Made by a program: the position numbers and the translations under genes. From positions 2,575-66,574 of the forward strand of contig WJMN01000025.1 in NCBI GenBank assembly GCA_014727925.1: a stretch of DNA of 64,000 nucleotides. The letters run 5' to 3'. The notes below the pieces were generated by a model that was not told the DNA's origin, did not search any database, and was given only the letters and a program-made list of their open reading frames with translations. Below, in pieces: positions 1 through 8,924 of this stretch. This DNA comes from Candidatus Micrarchaeota archaeon. Lineage in GTDB: Archaea > Micrarchaeota > Micrarchaeia > Anstonellales > Bilamarchaeaceae. Each line of letters starts with the position of its first letter. Position 1 is the first letter of the stretch.

Positions 1-1
1 C

Positions 2-505
2 GATGTGGATATCAAAAAGGCGATTAAAAATGGGGAAATAACAATAGAGCCGCTTGGGAGGGGGCAGATAGGCGAGGGGAGCGTGGACCTAACGCTTGGG
101 GAAAGCTTCTGGTTTTTCAAGAAAATGTATATCGGGGCAAGAGTTGACCTGGATAAAGTTGGTTTTAAGAAGGCCACAAAAAAAGTTAATGCAGATACTG
201 TGGTGCTGGGCCCGGGTGAAATGTGCCTTGGGATAAGCAGGGAGAAACTTACACTTGCAGCAGACATAATGGGCCGGCTAGAAGGGAGGAGCAGGTATGC
301 GAGAATGGGGCTTGCGGTGCACATTACTTCTGCGGTGGTGCAGCCGGGAAGCGCAAACCACCAGGTATTTGAAATCTTTAATAGTGCTCCTTTCACTGTG
401 GTTTTGCACGAAGGGATGAGGATTAGCCAGGTTGTGTTCTGCAGGACCGAGAGCCCTACATCAAAACCCTATGCAAAGCACGGGAAGATTGCGAGGAAGC
501 AGTAA
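2..505 (+). CDS. dcd: dCTP deaminase (5' end truncated by window edge)
   Basis: SVDLTLG, LEGRSRYARMGL, VHITSAVVQPG and RISQVVF motifs; frame is open upstream of the GTG at 5 (DVDIKKAI). Confidence 0.9.
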   Translation, partial: DVDIKKAIKNGEITIEPLGRGQIGEGSVDLTLGESFWFFKKMYIGARVDLDKVGFKKATKKVNADTVVLGPGEMCLGISREKLTLAADIMGRLEGRSRYARMGLAVHITSAVVQPGSANHQVFEIFNSAPFTVVLHEGMRISQVVFCRTESPTSKPYAKHGKIARKQ

Positions 506-565
506 TATATACACGTATAACCATAAATGGAAACATTTAAATACTAGTTGGTGCCTAAATAATAC

Positions 566-1528
566 ATGGGATTGTTCGGAAACAGGAAGAAAACTCCGGT
601 AAGCGGAAGATTCGGCAGCGGTAATGAAGATATACCCTCAGGGTTGGCCAAGCGCCTCGGCCACAAAGAAGATGCAATGGCAGTGAGCGCCATAAGCACG
701 CTTGCAGGCGGAAGATTCAGAGGAGGGGATGTTGCTGAACACCTGCTTATGGTCATACAACGGGATGGAAGGGAAAACGTAGTTGAGGCCGCAATAAGCA
801 ACTTCGTGAAAAACATGGGCAGGGTTCTCCATTCTGACACCATTTCGGTGCACATGAAAAGGCACATTTTTGCAAAAAATGAAAAAAATGCAGAGCTTTG
901 CATAAGAATACTTGAAAGGGAAAAACCCAATCACGCTAAAATAAGGAAAACTGCTCTGGAAATTTTGGGAAGATATTCAGAAGAGGAGCTCACGAAAGAA
1001 CAAGTGGAAAGGGTTGAAAACGTGCTCCTTGGAATATGTAAGAAATTTGGTAAAAATGCAGAGATAGAGATAATAGTACGGGAACTTTTTGAAGGCAGGG
1101 AACGAAGGCCGAGAGTGGGGGCCGGGGGAGCAATAACAGAAAACGGCGGAAGAGGAGAAAGAACTATAGAGGTAATACCTAGAAAACCGGAAAAACGCAG
1201 GCGAAGGCAGGAAGCGCCCACCATGGGAATAGATATTTTTGGAGAAAACTGCAGAATGCTGGAAACTGAAAAAGACCCTGATATGATAAAGAATATTGCA
1301 AACAACCTTGTGGAAATGGCGGAAATAACAAAAAACAAGAAAAAAATCGAGAGGGCAATGGCAGTTTTCAAAGTAAAGGGGGCAATCTGCCTCCCGCATT
1401 ACAGAAGAATGAGAAAAAGGATGGGGGAACTTCCGAGAGAAGACAAAGACTCTCATGGGAGGCCAACCCTGCCCCCAAGGCACGAACCCAACGGCCAAGC
1501 AACTCCGCAGAAGCTGAAACATCGCTGA
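566..1528 (+). CDS. hypothetical basic helical protein (orphan)
   Basis: 320-aa ORF; TTTAAATA box about 25 nt upstream; purine-rich coding-strand bias like neighbours; no recognisable family. Confidence 0.7.
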   Translation: MGLFGNRKKTPVSGRFGSGNEDIPSGLAKRLGHKEDAMAVSAISTLAGGRFRGGDVAEHLLMVIQRDGRENVVEAAISNFVKNMGRVLHSDTISVHMKRHIFAKNEKNAELCIRILEREKPNHAKIRKTALEILGRYSEEELTKEQVERVENVLLGICKKFGKNAEIEIIVRELFEGRERRPRVGAGGAITENGGRGERTIEVIPRKPEKRRRRQEAPTMGIDIFGENCRMLETEKDPDMIKNIANNLVEMAEITKNKKKIERAMAVFKVKGAICLPHYRRMRKRMGELPREDKDSHGRPTLPPRHEPNGQATPQKLKHR

Positions 1529-1624
1529 ATAGGTTCATTTCTAATTTTATTCCGATTTTTGCCGGAATTGTTCGGAGAACTGTTTTAACCCTTAGCCTGG
1601 AAACCACTCCAGCAAGGTGACTTG

Positions 1625-2170
1625 ATGCTGGAAATAAGGTTTCACGGTAGGGGCGGCCAGGGAGCAGTAACCGCAGGGGAGCTGCTTGCAAAGGCTGCAG
1701 GAAGAGAAGGAAAATGGTCTCAGTCATTTCCAAAATTTGGTGTGGAAAGGAGGGGGGCGCCAGTGCAGAGCTACTGCAGAATTGACGGAGAGAGGATTAA
1801 GATCCACCAAGAGCTCTATGAGCCGGATGTTGTAGTGGTGCTAGACTCAAGCCTGATTGGGCCAGTTGACATTACCAGTGGCCTCAAGGAAGGGGGCAAA
1901 GTGATTGTGAATACCGGTAAAAAGCCGGAGGAGCTGGAGCTTGGGAGTGGTTTTGAAGTATATACTGTGGATGCCACTTCTGTTGCAATGGAGATAATGG
2001 GCAAACCTATTGTGAATACTGCAATGCTTGGGTCACTTTCCAAAATAACGGGAGTGGTGAAAGGCGAAAGCCTGGTTGAGGAAGTAATGCACCATTTCGG
2101 GGAAAAACTCGGAAAAACAAACGCAGATGTCATGATGGGATGCTGCGAAAAAACGCTAAATGGTGATTAG
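1625..2170 (+). CDS. porC: pyruvate/2-oxoacid:ferredoxin oxidoreductase gamma subunit
   Basis: EIRFHGRGGQGAVTA, FGVERRGAPV and NTAMLG motifs; AGGTGA RBS. Confidence 0.95.
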   Translation: MLEIRFHGRGGQGAVTAGELLAKAAGREGKWSQSFPKFGVERRGAPVQSYCRIDGERIKIHQELYEPDVVVVLDSSLIGPVDITSGLKEGGKVIVNTGKKPEELELGSGFEVYTVDATSVAMEIMGKPIVNTAMLGSLSKITGVVKGESLVEEVMHHFGEKLGKTNADVMMGCCEKTLNGD

Positions 2171-2419
2171 ATGAAACCGGCAAACGGAAAACCCGGAAAA
2201 AGCATGGATAACAAAACAGGGAGCTGGAGAACAGAACGGCCGGTCGTTGACCGGGATAGGTGCATAAAATGCGGACAGTGCCAGCTAAACTGCCCGGATG
2301 GCTGCATATTCGTAACAGAAGAAGGCGCAAAGCCAAATTATGATTACTGCAAAGGATGCGGGATATGTGCACAGGTGTGTCCGGTCAAGTGCATAAAAAT
2401 GGAGACGGAGGAGAAGTAG
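2171..2419 (+). CDS. porD: pyruvate/2-oxoacid:ferredoxin oxidoreductase delta subunit (2x[4Fe-4S])
   Basis: TGSWRTERP plus CxxCxxCxxxCP twice (YCKGCGICAQVCP). Confidence 0.95.
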   Translation: MKPANGKPGKSMDNKTGSWRTERPVVDRDRCIKCGQCQLNCPDGCIFVTEEGAKPNYDYCKGCGICAQVCPVKCIKMETEEK

Positions 2420-2427
2420 GTGATATT

Positions 2428-3564
2428 ATGAAAAAGACGATAGAAGGAAGCTTTGCGGTTGCAGAGGTTGTAAAAAACTGCAGCCCGGATGTGGTTGCCT
2501 GTTTCCCGATTACGCCCTCAACCCATATTGCAGAAGAACTAGACAGGATGTACACAGATGGAAAAATAAAAAGCTACACTGCAGTTGAAAGCGAATTCTC
2601 GGCGATTTCCATGCTTGTGGGGGCAAGCGCTGCAGGGGGAAGAGCATTCACAACAACCGATTCGCAGGGAATTGCACTGATGCATGAAGTGCTTTTTGCA
2701 GCGGCGGGGATGAGACTGCCCATGGTGATTGTAGCTGCAAACAGGTCGCTGAGTGCCCCGTTGAGCATCTGGAACGACCACCAGGATACAATAAGCGAGA
2801 GGGACTCTGGCTGGATTCAGATTTACTGCAAAAACAACCAGGAAGTGCTAGACAGTGTTCCCCAGGCATTCAAGATTTCAGAAGAAACTAACATACCAGT
2901 GATGGTTTGTATGGACGGGTTTTATCTTACTCACCTTGTTGAGCAGATCGACATGCCGGAAGAGGAGATGATTGAAAAATACCTTCCAAAACGGACTGCG
3001 GAATACAAGCTGGACCCGGAAAACCCGATTACCATGGGCATGTATGCGATGCCAACCCATTATCAGGGTTTCAGGATGGACCTGCACAAAGATGTGATTA
3101 ACGCAGGTGAGAATGTAAAAAAGGAAATGGAAGTGTGGGGAGAGCATTCCGGAAGGAAATATGGAAACGGGCTCTGGGAAGAATACCATGCAGAAGATGC
3201 AGAATACCTTTTTGTGGGCATGGGAAGCGTAATGGAAAATGCAGAGCTGGCAATTGAAAAAATGCGCAAGGAAGGAAAAAAAGCAGGGCTTGTGCGGATA
3301 CGGTGCTACCGGCCTTTCCCGAATGAAATTGTTGAAAGTTTCAGGGGAAAGGAGGGAGTTGTGGTATTTGAAAAAGATGTCAGCATGGGTGCTGATGCAC
3401 CGCTTTATGCAGAACTTTCTTCTGTGGCAAGAGAAAAAGGAATTGAAACTCCGCTTTCCTCATTCATGGGAGGCCTCGGAGGAAAAGACATAACAGTAGA
3501 ACACATAGAAGAGATGATGGAGAAAGCCAAGGAAGGCCAGGTCAAGATGGTGTGGGGTGAATAA
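2428..3564 (+). CDS. porA: pyruvate/2-oxoacid:ferredoxin oxidoreductase alpha subunit
   Basis: FPITPSTH, ESEFSA, NRSLSAPLSIWNDHQD and GLGGKD motifs; ATG at 2428 follows GGTGA RBS. Confidence 0.95.
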   Translation: MKKTIEGSFAVAEVVKNCSPDVVACFPITPSTHIAEELDRMYTDGKIKSYTAVESEFSAISMLVGASAAGGRAFTTTDSQGIALMHEVLFAAAGMRLPMVIVAANRSLSAPLSIWNDHQDTISERDSGWIQIYCKNNQEVLDSVPQAFKISEETNIPVMVCMDGFYLTHLVEQIDMPEEEMIEKYLPKRTAEYKLDPENPITMGMYAMPTHYQGFRMDLHKDVINAGENVKKEMEVWGEHSGRKYGNGLWEEYHAEDAEYLFVGMGSVMENAELAIEKMRKEGKKAGLVRIRCYRPFPNEIVESFRGKEGVVVFEKDVSMGADAPLYAELSSVAREKGIETPLSSFMGGLGGKDITVEHIEEMMEKAKEGQVKMVWGE

Positions 3565-3565
3565 G

Positions 3566-4486
3566 ATGGGCGAACTGGAAAACAAGGAACTTTTCAAGAG
3601 CGGGCATACTGCATGCGCAGGATGCGGAGTTGCAGTCGGGCTCAGGCATATAATGAAGGCTATCGGAGAGGATTGCGTAATTGTGAACGCTACAGGTTGT
3701 GTGGAAATATTCACCACAGCATACCCAAAAAGCGCCTGGGCTGTTCCCTACATACACTGTGTATTTGAAAACTCGGCTCCGGTAGCTGCGGGTGTTGTTG
3801 AAGCCCTCAGGGTGCAGGGAAACGACCACACAAAAGTTGTGGTGATTTCCGGAGACGGGGCAAGCTATGACATCGGCTTCGGACACCTTTCAGGAATGAT
3901 GGAAAGGGGGCATGATGTGCTTTACATCTCATATGATAATGAGGCATATATGAACACAGGAGTGCAGAGAAGCGGGGCAACCCCCTGGAAAGCTTACACA
4001 ACCACCTCCCAGGTGGGAAGCGTGAGGAAGGGGAAACAGCAGTTCAAGAAACCGCTTACTGAAATAGCTGCAGCGCACGGGATACCTTATGCGGCAACCT
4101 CAACAAGCGCGCACTACACTGACCTTCAGCAAAAGGTAAAAAAGGCACTTTCAATAAAAGGGCCGAAATTCCTGAATGTGCTGATGACCTGCGTGCCAGG
4201 TTGGGGAACAAAGCCTGCACTGAGCATGCAGTACCTAAAAGATGCTGTGGATGCTCATGTGTGGCCGGTGTACGAAATAGAAAATGGTTTCCTCAAGCTG
4301 AACATGAAGCCGGAAAAAAAGCCGGTTGAAACTTACATTAAGGGGCAGAAAAGATTCAAGCACCTAAATGAGCAGGATGTAAAGGAAATACAGGAGCTCG
4401 TAGATGAGAAGTGGGACCGCCTGCTCTGGAAAGAGAAGGTGGACCAGGAGAGGAAGGCAGAGCTAGAAGGGCACTCCGGAGAATGA
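3566..4486 (+). CDS. porB: pyruvate/2-oxoacid:ferredoxin oxidoreductase beta subunit
   Basis: GHTACAGCG, TGC, TPP motif GDG..YDIG and DNEAYMNTGVQRS. Confidence 0.95.
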   Translation: MGELENKELFKSGHTACAGCGVAVGLRHIMKAIGEDCVIVNATGCVEIFTTAYPKSAWAVPYIHCVFENSAPVAAGVVEALRVQGNDHTKVVVISGDGASYDIGFGHLSGMMERGHDVLYISYDNEAYMNTGVQRSGATPWKAYTTTSQVGSVRKGKQQFKKPLTEIAAAHGIPYAATSTSAHYTDLQQKVKKALSIKGPKFLNVLMTCVPGWGTKPALSMQYLKDAVDAHVWPVYEIENGFLKLNMKPEKKPVETYIKGQKRFKHLNEQDVKEIQELVDEKWDRLLWKEKVDQERKAELEGHSGE

Positions 4487-4543
4487 GTTTTAGACCGGGA
4501 AAAAAGGAACTGCACAGTTTAGCCGGAATTTGGATTGGCAGAT

Positions 4544-4975
4544 TCAGCGGACTGCGATCTGGACCTTTTTGTTTATGTCCAGGGACATGGGCAGGTTCAG
4601 GGTCCCTATTACATAATACTCAACAGGGCTTACTGCGCCAAGCAGTTTTGCTGCACCAAGCACAGCCCCTGCAACCCCTTCTTCTGCTTTCTTTTCAATC
4701 CCTGTTTTTACGGGGGCCTGGAGCTGGAAGAGGTATTCACCACTTGTGTATTCCTTTTCCCCTCCGAGAACTTCCTTGTACTGGTAAACCCCTACCTTCT
4801 TCCTCTTTCCCCGCCTTGTCTGCCACTGCTCCCCGACCAGCTCAACCCGCAGCTCCTTTGCGTTCTTTGGGGAATTCAATTCAAGAACCAGCTTTCCGGA
4901 AATCTCACCCCCTAAAGTAACATCGTAGCTGTTCAATTCCAAATCCATCTTTCCTTCTCCTATTCCTAACACCAT
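4544..4975 (-). CDS. SpoOM/arrestin-N-like beta-sandwich protein
   Basis: N-terminal LGIGEGKMDLEL..GGEISGKLVL, central YLFQLQAP and C-terminal TLNLPMSLDINK resemble SpoOM-family patterns. Confidence 0.55.
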   Translation of the reverse strand: MVLGIGEGKMDLELNSYDVTLGGEISGKLVLELNSPKNAKELRVELVGEQWQTRRGKRKKVGVYQYKEVLGGEKEYTSGEYLFQLQAPVKTGIEKKAEEGVAGAVLGAAKLLGAVSPVEYYVIGTLNLPMSLDINKKVQIAVR

Positions 4976-5018
4976 GATTGCACCAAGAAACAATGTGAAG
5001 GGGAAAATAAAAACCTTT

Positions 5019-6761
5019 TTAGAAAATGACGATTTTCCTTATTTTTTCAAGGAGCTCCTGCTCCTCCCCGGAAAGAGAGCCCTTCCTTTCTTCCCAGGCA
5101 AAGACCTGCTTCCGGTTCATTGCAACATAGAGGATGTCCCCTTCGTGCACATCCTTGTTAAGAGTTATCTGGGGAGAAGACAGGGCAACCTGAGACTTCT
5201 TTTCTGCTTCTTCGATGGTGTTCCCCTCGGACTGAATGTTCTTTACATCGCCCAGGACATTGCCTGACTCATCCATCAGGGAAGATCCCTTGCGGAGGCG
5301 GCCTTCAAGAATTTCAACACCGAAGACCGCGGGCTTTGAAAGCCTGAAAAAGCATCCGGGAAGAACCCTCATTCGGGCGGGCCAGGGAAGGGTGCTTTCA
5401 AGCTGCTTTCTTTCCTTCTGCTTCTCATCCTCAACCCATTCCTCGTATTCCTCAACAAGCTTATAAACAACCCTGCTCCAGATGAGGGGGACTCCAGAAT
5501 TGTAGGATTCAGTACGTGCTTCATCAAGCACTTTTACATTGAAACCGAAAATAACTCCCTTGTAGCGGTCGGATTCAGAAACCGCGTGGGCGGTTAGTAT
5601 GTCCTTTTTGGTGACAGGGCCAATCCCGCTGCGCTTAACCGGGATTCTGTGCTTCTGGAAAAGGTTAAGTATTGCCTCGGTGCTGCCCAGGGAATCTGCC
5701 TTCACAACCACGCCATCATCATGGGAATCACGCAGCACTTCGCTAAGGTGTGTTTCCATCTCTTTTTTCTGGGACTCAAAATCCGAAACCTGCATAAATG
5801 GGGATCCGGGGATTGTGCCTTCAAGTGAGGGGGCAACAATCTTTACCCCTGCGGCTGCAGCTACCCTGTCTAGGTTTATGTATTTCTCCTGGGGGTTGCA
5901 GGGCGAGATGTTGGGCTCGAGCAGGGCGCGGACCTTTGTTTTCTTCGCGCCTTGCCGTGTAAGGAAAATGATGTTGTCCCCCTGGGCAAGCTCACCATCA
6001 TAAAGAACAACATCCAGAGTAGTCCCCATCCCCTTCTCATCCTTTACCTCAATAACCGAGCCCTTTGCAATTTCCCCGGTTATGTGAAGCCGCTTCTCAA
6101 GATACTTCTGACTCATTCCGGAAATTAGGAGAAGGAGCTCGGCAAGTCCCTCTCCGCTTTTGGAGCTGATGGGGACAATTGCAATCTGTTTTGTGAAATC
6201 AGACATCCGGTCAAAGCGCTCGCAGTCAAAGCCCTCTTCGGAAAGCTGCCCCATCATAGTATATATCTTTTCATCTAGGAGCTTTTTTACGTGCTCCGGC
6301 TGCATCTGGAAAGATTTAAGGAAGGAATTAGTATCCTGCTTTTTCCATCCGTGGATTAGGTCAATCTTGTTTGCCGCAATTACAAAGGGGGTTTTGCAGT
6401 GCTTCAGAATTTTTATGCTTTCCCTTGTCTGGGGCTGGAAACCCTGCGTGGCATCAACAACAAGCACAGCCATGTCTGCAAGCGAGCCGCCCCTCTCTCT
6501 TAGGGTAGTGAATGCCTCATGGCCGGGGGTATCTATGAAAAGCAGGCCCGGAATCACGAGCTTTGTTTTCATGATGTCTTTTACTGAAGCTGAGATGTTG
6601 TTTATCACATAAGTGGAAAGATAACTTGCCCCAATCATCTGGGTTATCTTGCCTGCTTCCTTGGAAGCGACGGCGCTGCCCCTCACCCGGTCAAGAAGAG
6701 TTGTTTTTCCGTGGTCAACGTGCCCCAGCAGAACAAGTATGGGGGAGCGGACAGCAGACAT
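5019..6761 (-). CDS. infB: translation initiation factor aIF5B (IF-2)
   Basis: RSPILVLLGHVDHGKTTLLD, ITQMIGA, DTPGHEAF and NKID GTPase motifs; no intein. Confidence 0.97.
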   Translation of the reverse strand: MSAVRSPILVLLGHVDHGKTTLLDRVRGSAVASKEAGKITQMIGASYLSTYVINNISASVKDIMKTKLVIPGLLFIDTPGHEAFTTLRERGGSLADMAVLVVDATQGFQPQTRESIKILKHCKTPFVIAANKIDLIHGWKKQDTNSFLKSFQMQPEHVKKLLDEKIYTMMGQLSEEGFDCERFDRMSDFTKQIAIVPISSKSGEGLAELLLLISGMSQKYLEKRLHITGEIAKGSVIEVKDEKGMGTTLDVVLYDGELAQGDNIIFLTRQGAKKTKVRALLEPNISPCNPQEKYINLDRVAAAAGVKIVAPSLEGTIPGSPFMQVSDFESQKKEMETHLSEVLRDSHDDGVVVKADSLGSTEAILNLFQKHRIPVKRSGIGPVTKKDILTAHAVSESDRYKGVIFGFNVKVLDEARTESYNSGVPLIWSRVVYKLVEEYEEWVEDEKQKERKQLESTLPWPARMRVLPGCFFRLSKPAVFGVEILEGRLRKGSSLMDESGNVLGDVKNIQSEGNTIEEAEKKSQVALSSPQITLNKDVHEGDILYVAMNRKQVFAWEERKGSLSGEEQELLEKIRKIVIF

Positions 6762-6800
6762 AGGAGGAGATATGTTCAAATTAGTTTAAAAAGCTCGCCC

Positions 6801-6844
6801 AAAAATAAGAAAAACTGGAGGGCGGCCTCTTCGGCGCGCCCCCC
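6801..6844 (-). terminator. GC-rich hairpin followed by U-tract on the minus strand
   Basis: Minus strand reads GGGGGGCGCGCC-GAAGA-GGCCGCCCUCC then AGUUUUUCUUAUUUUU, about 20 nt after the small-ORF stop. Confidence 0.6.
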
Positions 6845-6866
6845 TATTTGGCACTGCTTATCTAGG

Positions 6867-7001
6867 TCACATGATTGAGCGCGGCCTCCGCCACCTCATA
6901 AACCTGTGGTCGGAGTTTTCACTTGCTTTTTCTGAATAACTTCTTTTTTCATAGGTTCCCAATCTTTCAGAAACCTTTTTAGCCAGTTTTTCGGCGTCCA
7001 T
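6867..7001 (-). CDS. small 44-aa basic peptide (MDAEKLAKKVSERLGTYEKRSYSEKASENSDHRFMRWRRPRSIM)
   Basis: ATG preceded by GGGTGGTAGGA RBS-like sequence and an AT-rich TATA-like box at about 7031-7041; followed by a terminator-like hairpin; absent from ORF track (<60 aa). Confidence 0.55.
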   Translation of the reverse strand: MDAEKLAKKVSERLGTYEKRSYSEKASENSDHRFMRWRRPRSIM

Positions 7002-7047
7002 TCCTACCACCCGAAATGACTTCAAATGCTTTATATTTAAATGCTCG

Positions 7048-7068
7048 CTGTCCGGTGGAGGAGGACAG
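7048..7068. promoter_or_regulatory. inverted repeat CTGTCC-N9-GGACAG between divergent TATA boxes; candidate TrmB operator
   Basis: Direct reading; sits between TTATATTTAAA (about 7031-7041) and TTTTTAAAAT (7071-7080). Confidence 0.35.
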
Positions 7069-7100
7069 TCTTTTTAAAATCTTTTAAATAATGTAGTTCT

Positions 7101-7859
7101 GTGGAAAAAACAAAGATAAAAACTGCGCTTTCTTCAATAGGGCTCACGGGAAAGGAATCAGAAGTTTACATGTATGTTTCTGCAAATCCTGAGAGCACGG
7201 CAGGGACCGTATCTAGGCATACTCGGATAGCAAGGTCAAAAACATATGAGGCGCTAGACAGGCTCTGCGCAATTGGTCTCGTTTCACATATAAGCAGGGA
7301 CAAGACAAAAAGGTACTATTCTTCCGGGACCTCGGTGCTCAAGGGTCTTTACCTTAGGCAGATGAATGAGGCAAACGAAGCAATTGAATACATAAAAAAT
7401 ATGAGTATCCTGAGGCCATCCGAAACTACAGTAAGGGTCCTTGACGGGGAAGATGCGTACAAGAGCATCAAGGAATCATTTACCGCCGAGCTCAGGAAAG
7501 GCGATGAAATGCTGATAATCGGCTCCCCTGCAAAAATGAAGCCTGAACTTGTGGAGTATTTTGGCAAATTCCACCAGAAAAGAATGGCGAGGGGAGTAAA
7601 ATTAAGGATTCTGTATAACCGGGATGTTGAAAAAGAGCGGCTAGACAGGGCAAGAAAATGGAAGCACAGTGAGGTTAAGTGCCTTCCTAAAAACAACTCC
7701 CCTGCCTGGGTGGAAATCTACGGCAACAGAGTAGTGATGCCATTGGTTTCAGACAGGATAAAAGTAATTGCGATTACTGACAAGGCGATATCTGAAAGCT
7801 TCAGAAACTACTTTGAGCTGCTCTGGAAAAGCAGCAAAAAGCCAAAAATCAGTAAATGA
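7101..7859 (+). CDS. TrmB-family transcriptional regulator
   Basis: N-terminal GLTGKESEVY...IARSKTYEALDRL..GLV wHTH plus C-terminal effector domain (RGVKLRIL, FELLW). Confidence 0.88.
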   Translation: MEKTKIKTALSSIGLTGKESEVYMYVSANPESTAGTVSRHTRIARSKTYEALDRLCAIGLVSHISRDKTKRYYSSGTSVLKGLYLRQMNEANEAIEYIKNMSILRPSETTVRVLDGEDAYKSIKESFTAELRKGDEMLIIGSPAKMKPELVEYFGKFHQKRMARGVKLRILYNRDVEKERLDRARKWKHSEVKCLPKNNSPAWVEIYGNRVVMPLVSDRIKVIAITDKAISESFRNYFELLWKSSKKPKISK

Positions 7860-8886
7860 TTTCGCCCAGGTTTTTGTTGCGGAACGCATCCTTGAGCTCC
7901 TTTGCAATTCTCATCCCTGTGGTATACTCAGTCCCGTGGGTATAAAGCGAATAGGGATTTCCCAGAAGATTAGTTCCGGCAACTATCCTTGCGGAAATTT
8001 CAAATGAATAAATGTCCAGGTCATCTGTTATTATGGTTTCCACGCAGAACGGCCCGTGGATTCCGCCAAAGAGCCCCTTTGAAGAATTGCAGATGCCCCT
8101 GCCCATCTCCATATACTTGGGAAGCAGGGACTCGCGCAATACAAGGGACTGGTTGCCCATGACCGTAAATGAGATAGGAATATTTGCCCCCACTGAAAGC
8201 TGGCGGGCAATCTCATCTGCATTCGTTTCCATCCTCTGGTCAATACCGAGCATCTCTACATTCCCATAATTAGTGGAATACCCTGCATCTCCATCAAAAG
8301 AGTGGAAATAATGGATGTAGGCGCGGACACCGACTATAAACTCCTGTATCATGGTCTTCGCGCCTTCTGCGACCTTCTGGTAATATTCCTCAGGGCTGTT
8401 AACAACCAGGTATCCTTTTCCTCCTTTTGCCCCGGGAAACTTGACTATTGCGGGACCATCAATTTCCTCGGGCTGGAGGATTCTGGGTACCTTGAGGCCT
8501 GCCTTCTCCATCCAGTCAAACATGTTGTTGCGGTCGCGCTCAAAAAGCAGGGAACCCCTGTTTCCAAAGATAGGGAGGGCAAGGTCCTTTATGCCGTCTC
8601 CTGTGTACTCAACAAGGGAGCCGTGGGGAACCAGGATGGAGTTCCTTTCTCTGAGCTCATCAACAGGAATCTGGGAATAATCATCAACAATTAACAGCTC
8701 ATCTGGTGTTGCATAGGGGAAAGATTCGTAAAGCTCCCTTGATTCTTCAGTGCATATTCCAATTGTTTTTATGCTATACTGTTTGGCACCATGGAAAATC
8801 TGAAGCGCGGAATGGGAGCATATTGTTGCAATAGTGAAATCATCATAAGAATCCAGAATCTGGTCGATTTCCTCTTTTGCAAACAT
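7849..8886 (-). CDS. purP: PurP-family FAICAR synthetase (ATP-grasp), paralogue 1
   Basis: IATICSHSALQIFHGAK, PHGSLVEY, GAKGGKGY, RESLL and FEISARIVAGTN motifs. Confidence 0.9.
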   Translation of the reverse strand: MFAKEEIDQILDSYDDFTIATICSHSALQIFHGAKQYSIKTIGICTEESRELYESFPYATPDELLIVDDYSQIPVDELRERNSILVPHGSLVEYTGDGIKDLALPIFGNRGSLLFERDRNNMFDWMEKAGLKVPRILQPEEIDGPAIVKFPGAKGGKGYLVVNSPEEYYQKVAEGAKTMIQEFIVGVRAYIHYFHSFDGDAGYSTNYGNVEMLGIDQRMETNADEIARQLSVGANIPISFTVMGNQSLVLRESLLPKYMEMGRGICNSSKGLFGGIHGPFCVETIITDDLDIYSFEISARIVAGTNLLGNPYSLYTHGTEYTTGMRIAKELKDAFRNKNLGEIIY

Positions 8887-8924
8887 AGGGGTATTACTAT
8901 AAGAAAATAATAAAAGGGGGAAGG

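Noticed and set aside
2356..2427. N-terminal extension of porA in the ORF track
   Set aside because: Overlaps porD; the ATG at 2428 has a proper GGTGA RBS.
4535..4915. Cys-rich + strand 126-aa ORF
   Set aside because: Antisense to the better supported SpoOM-like gene; composition reflects the reverse complement of K/E codons.
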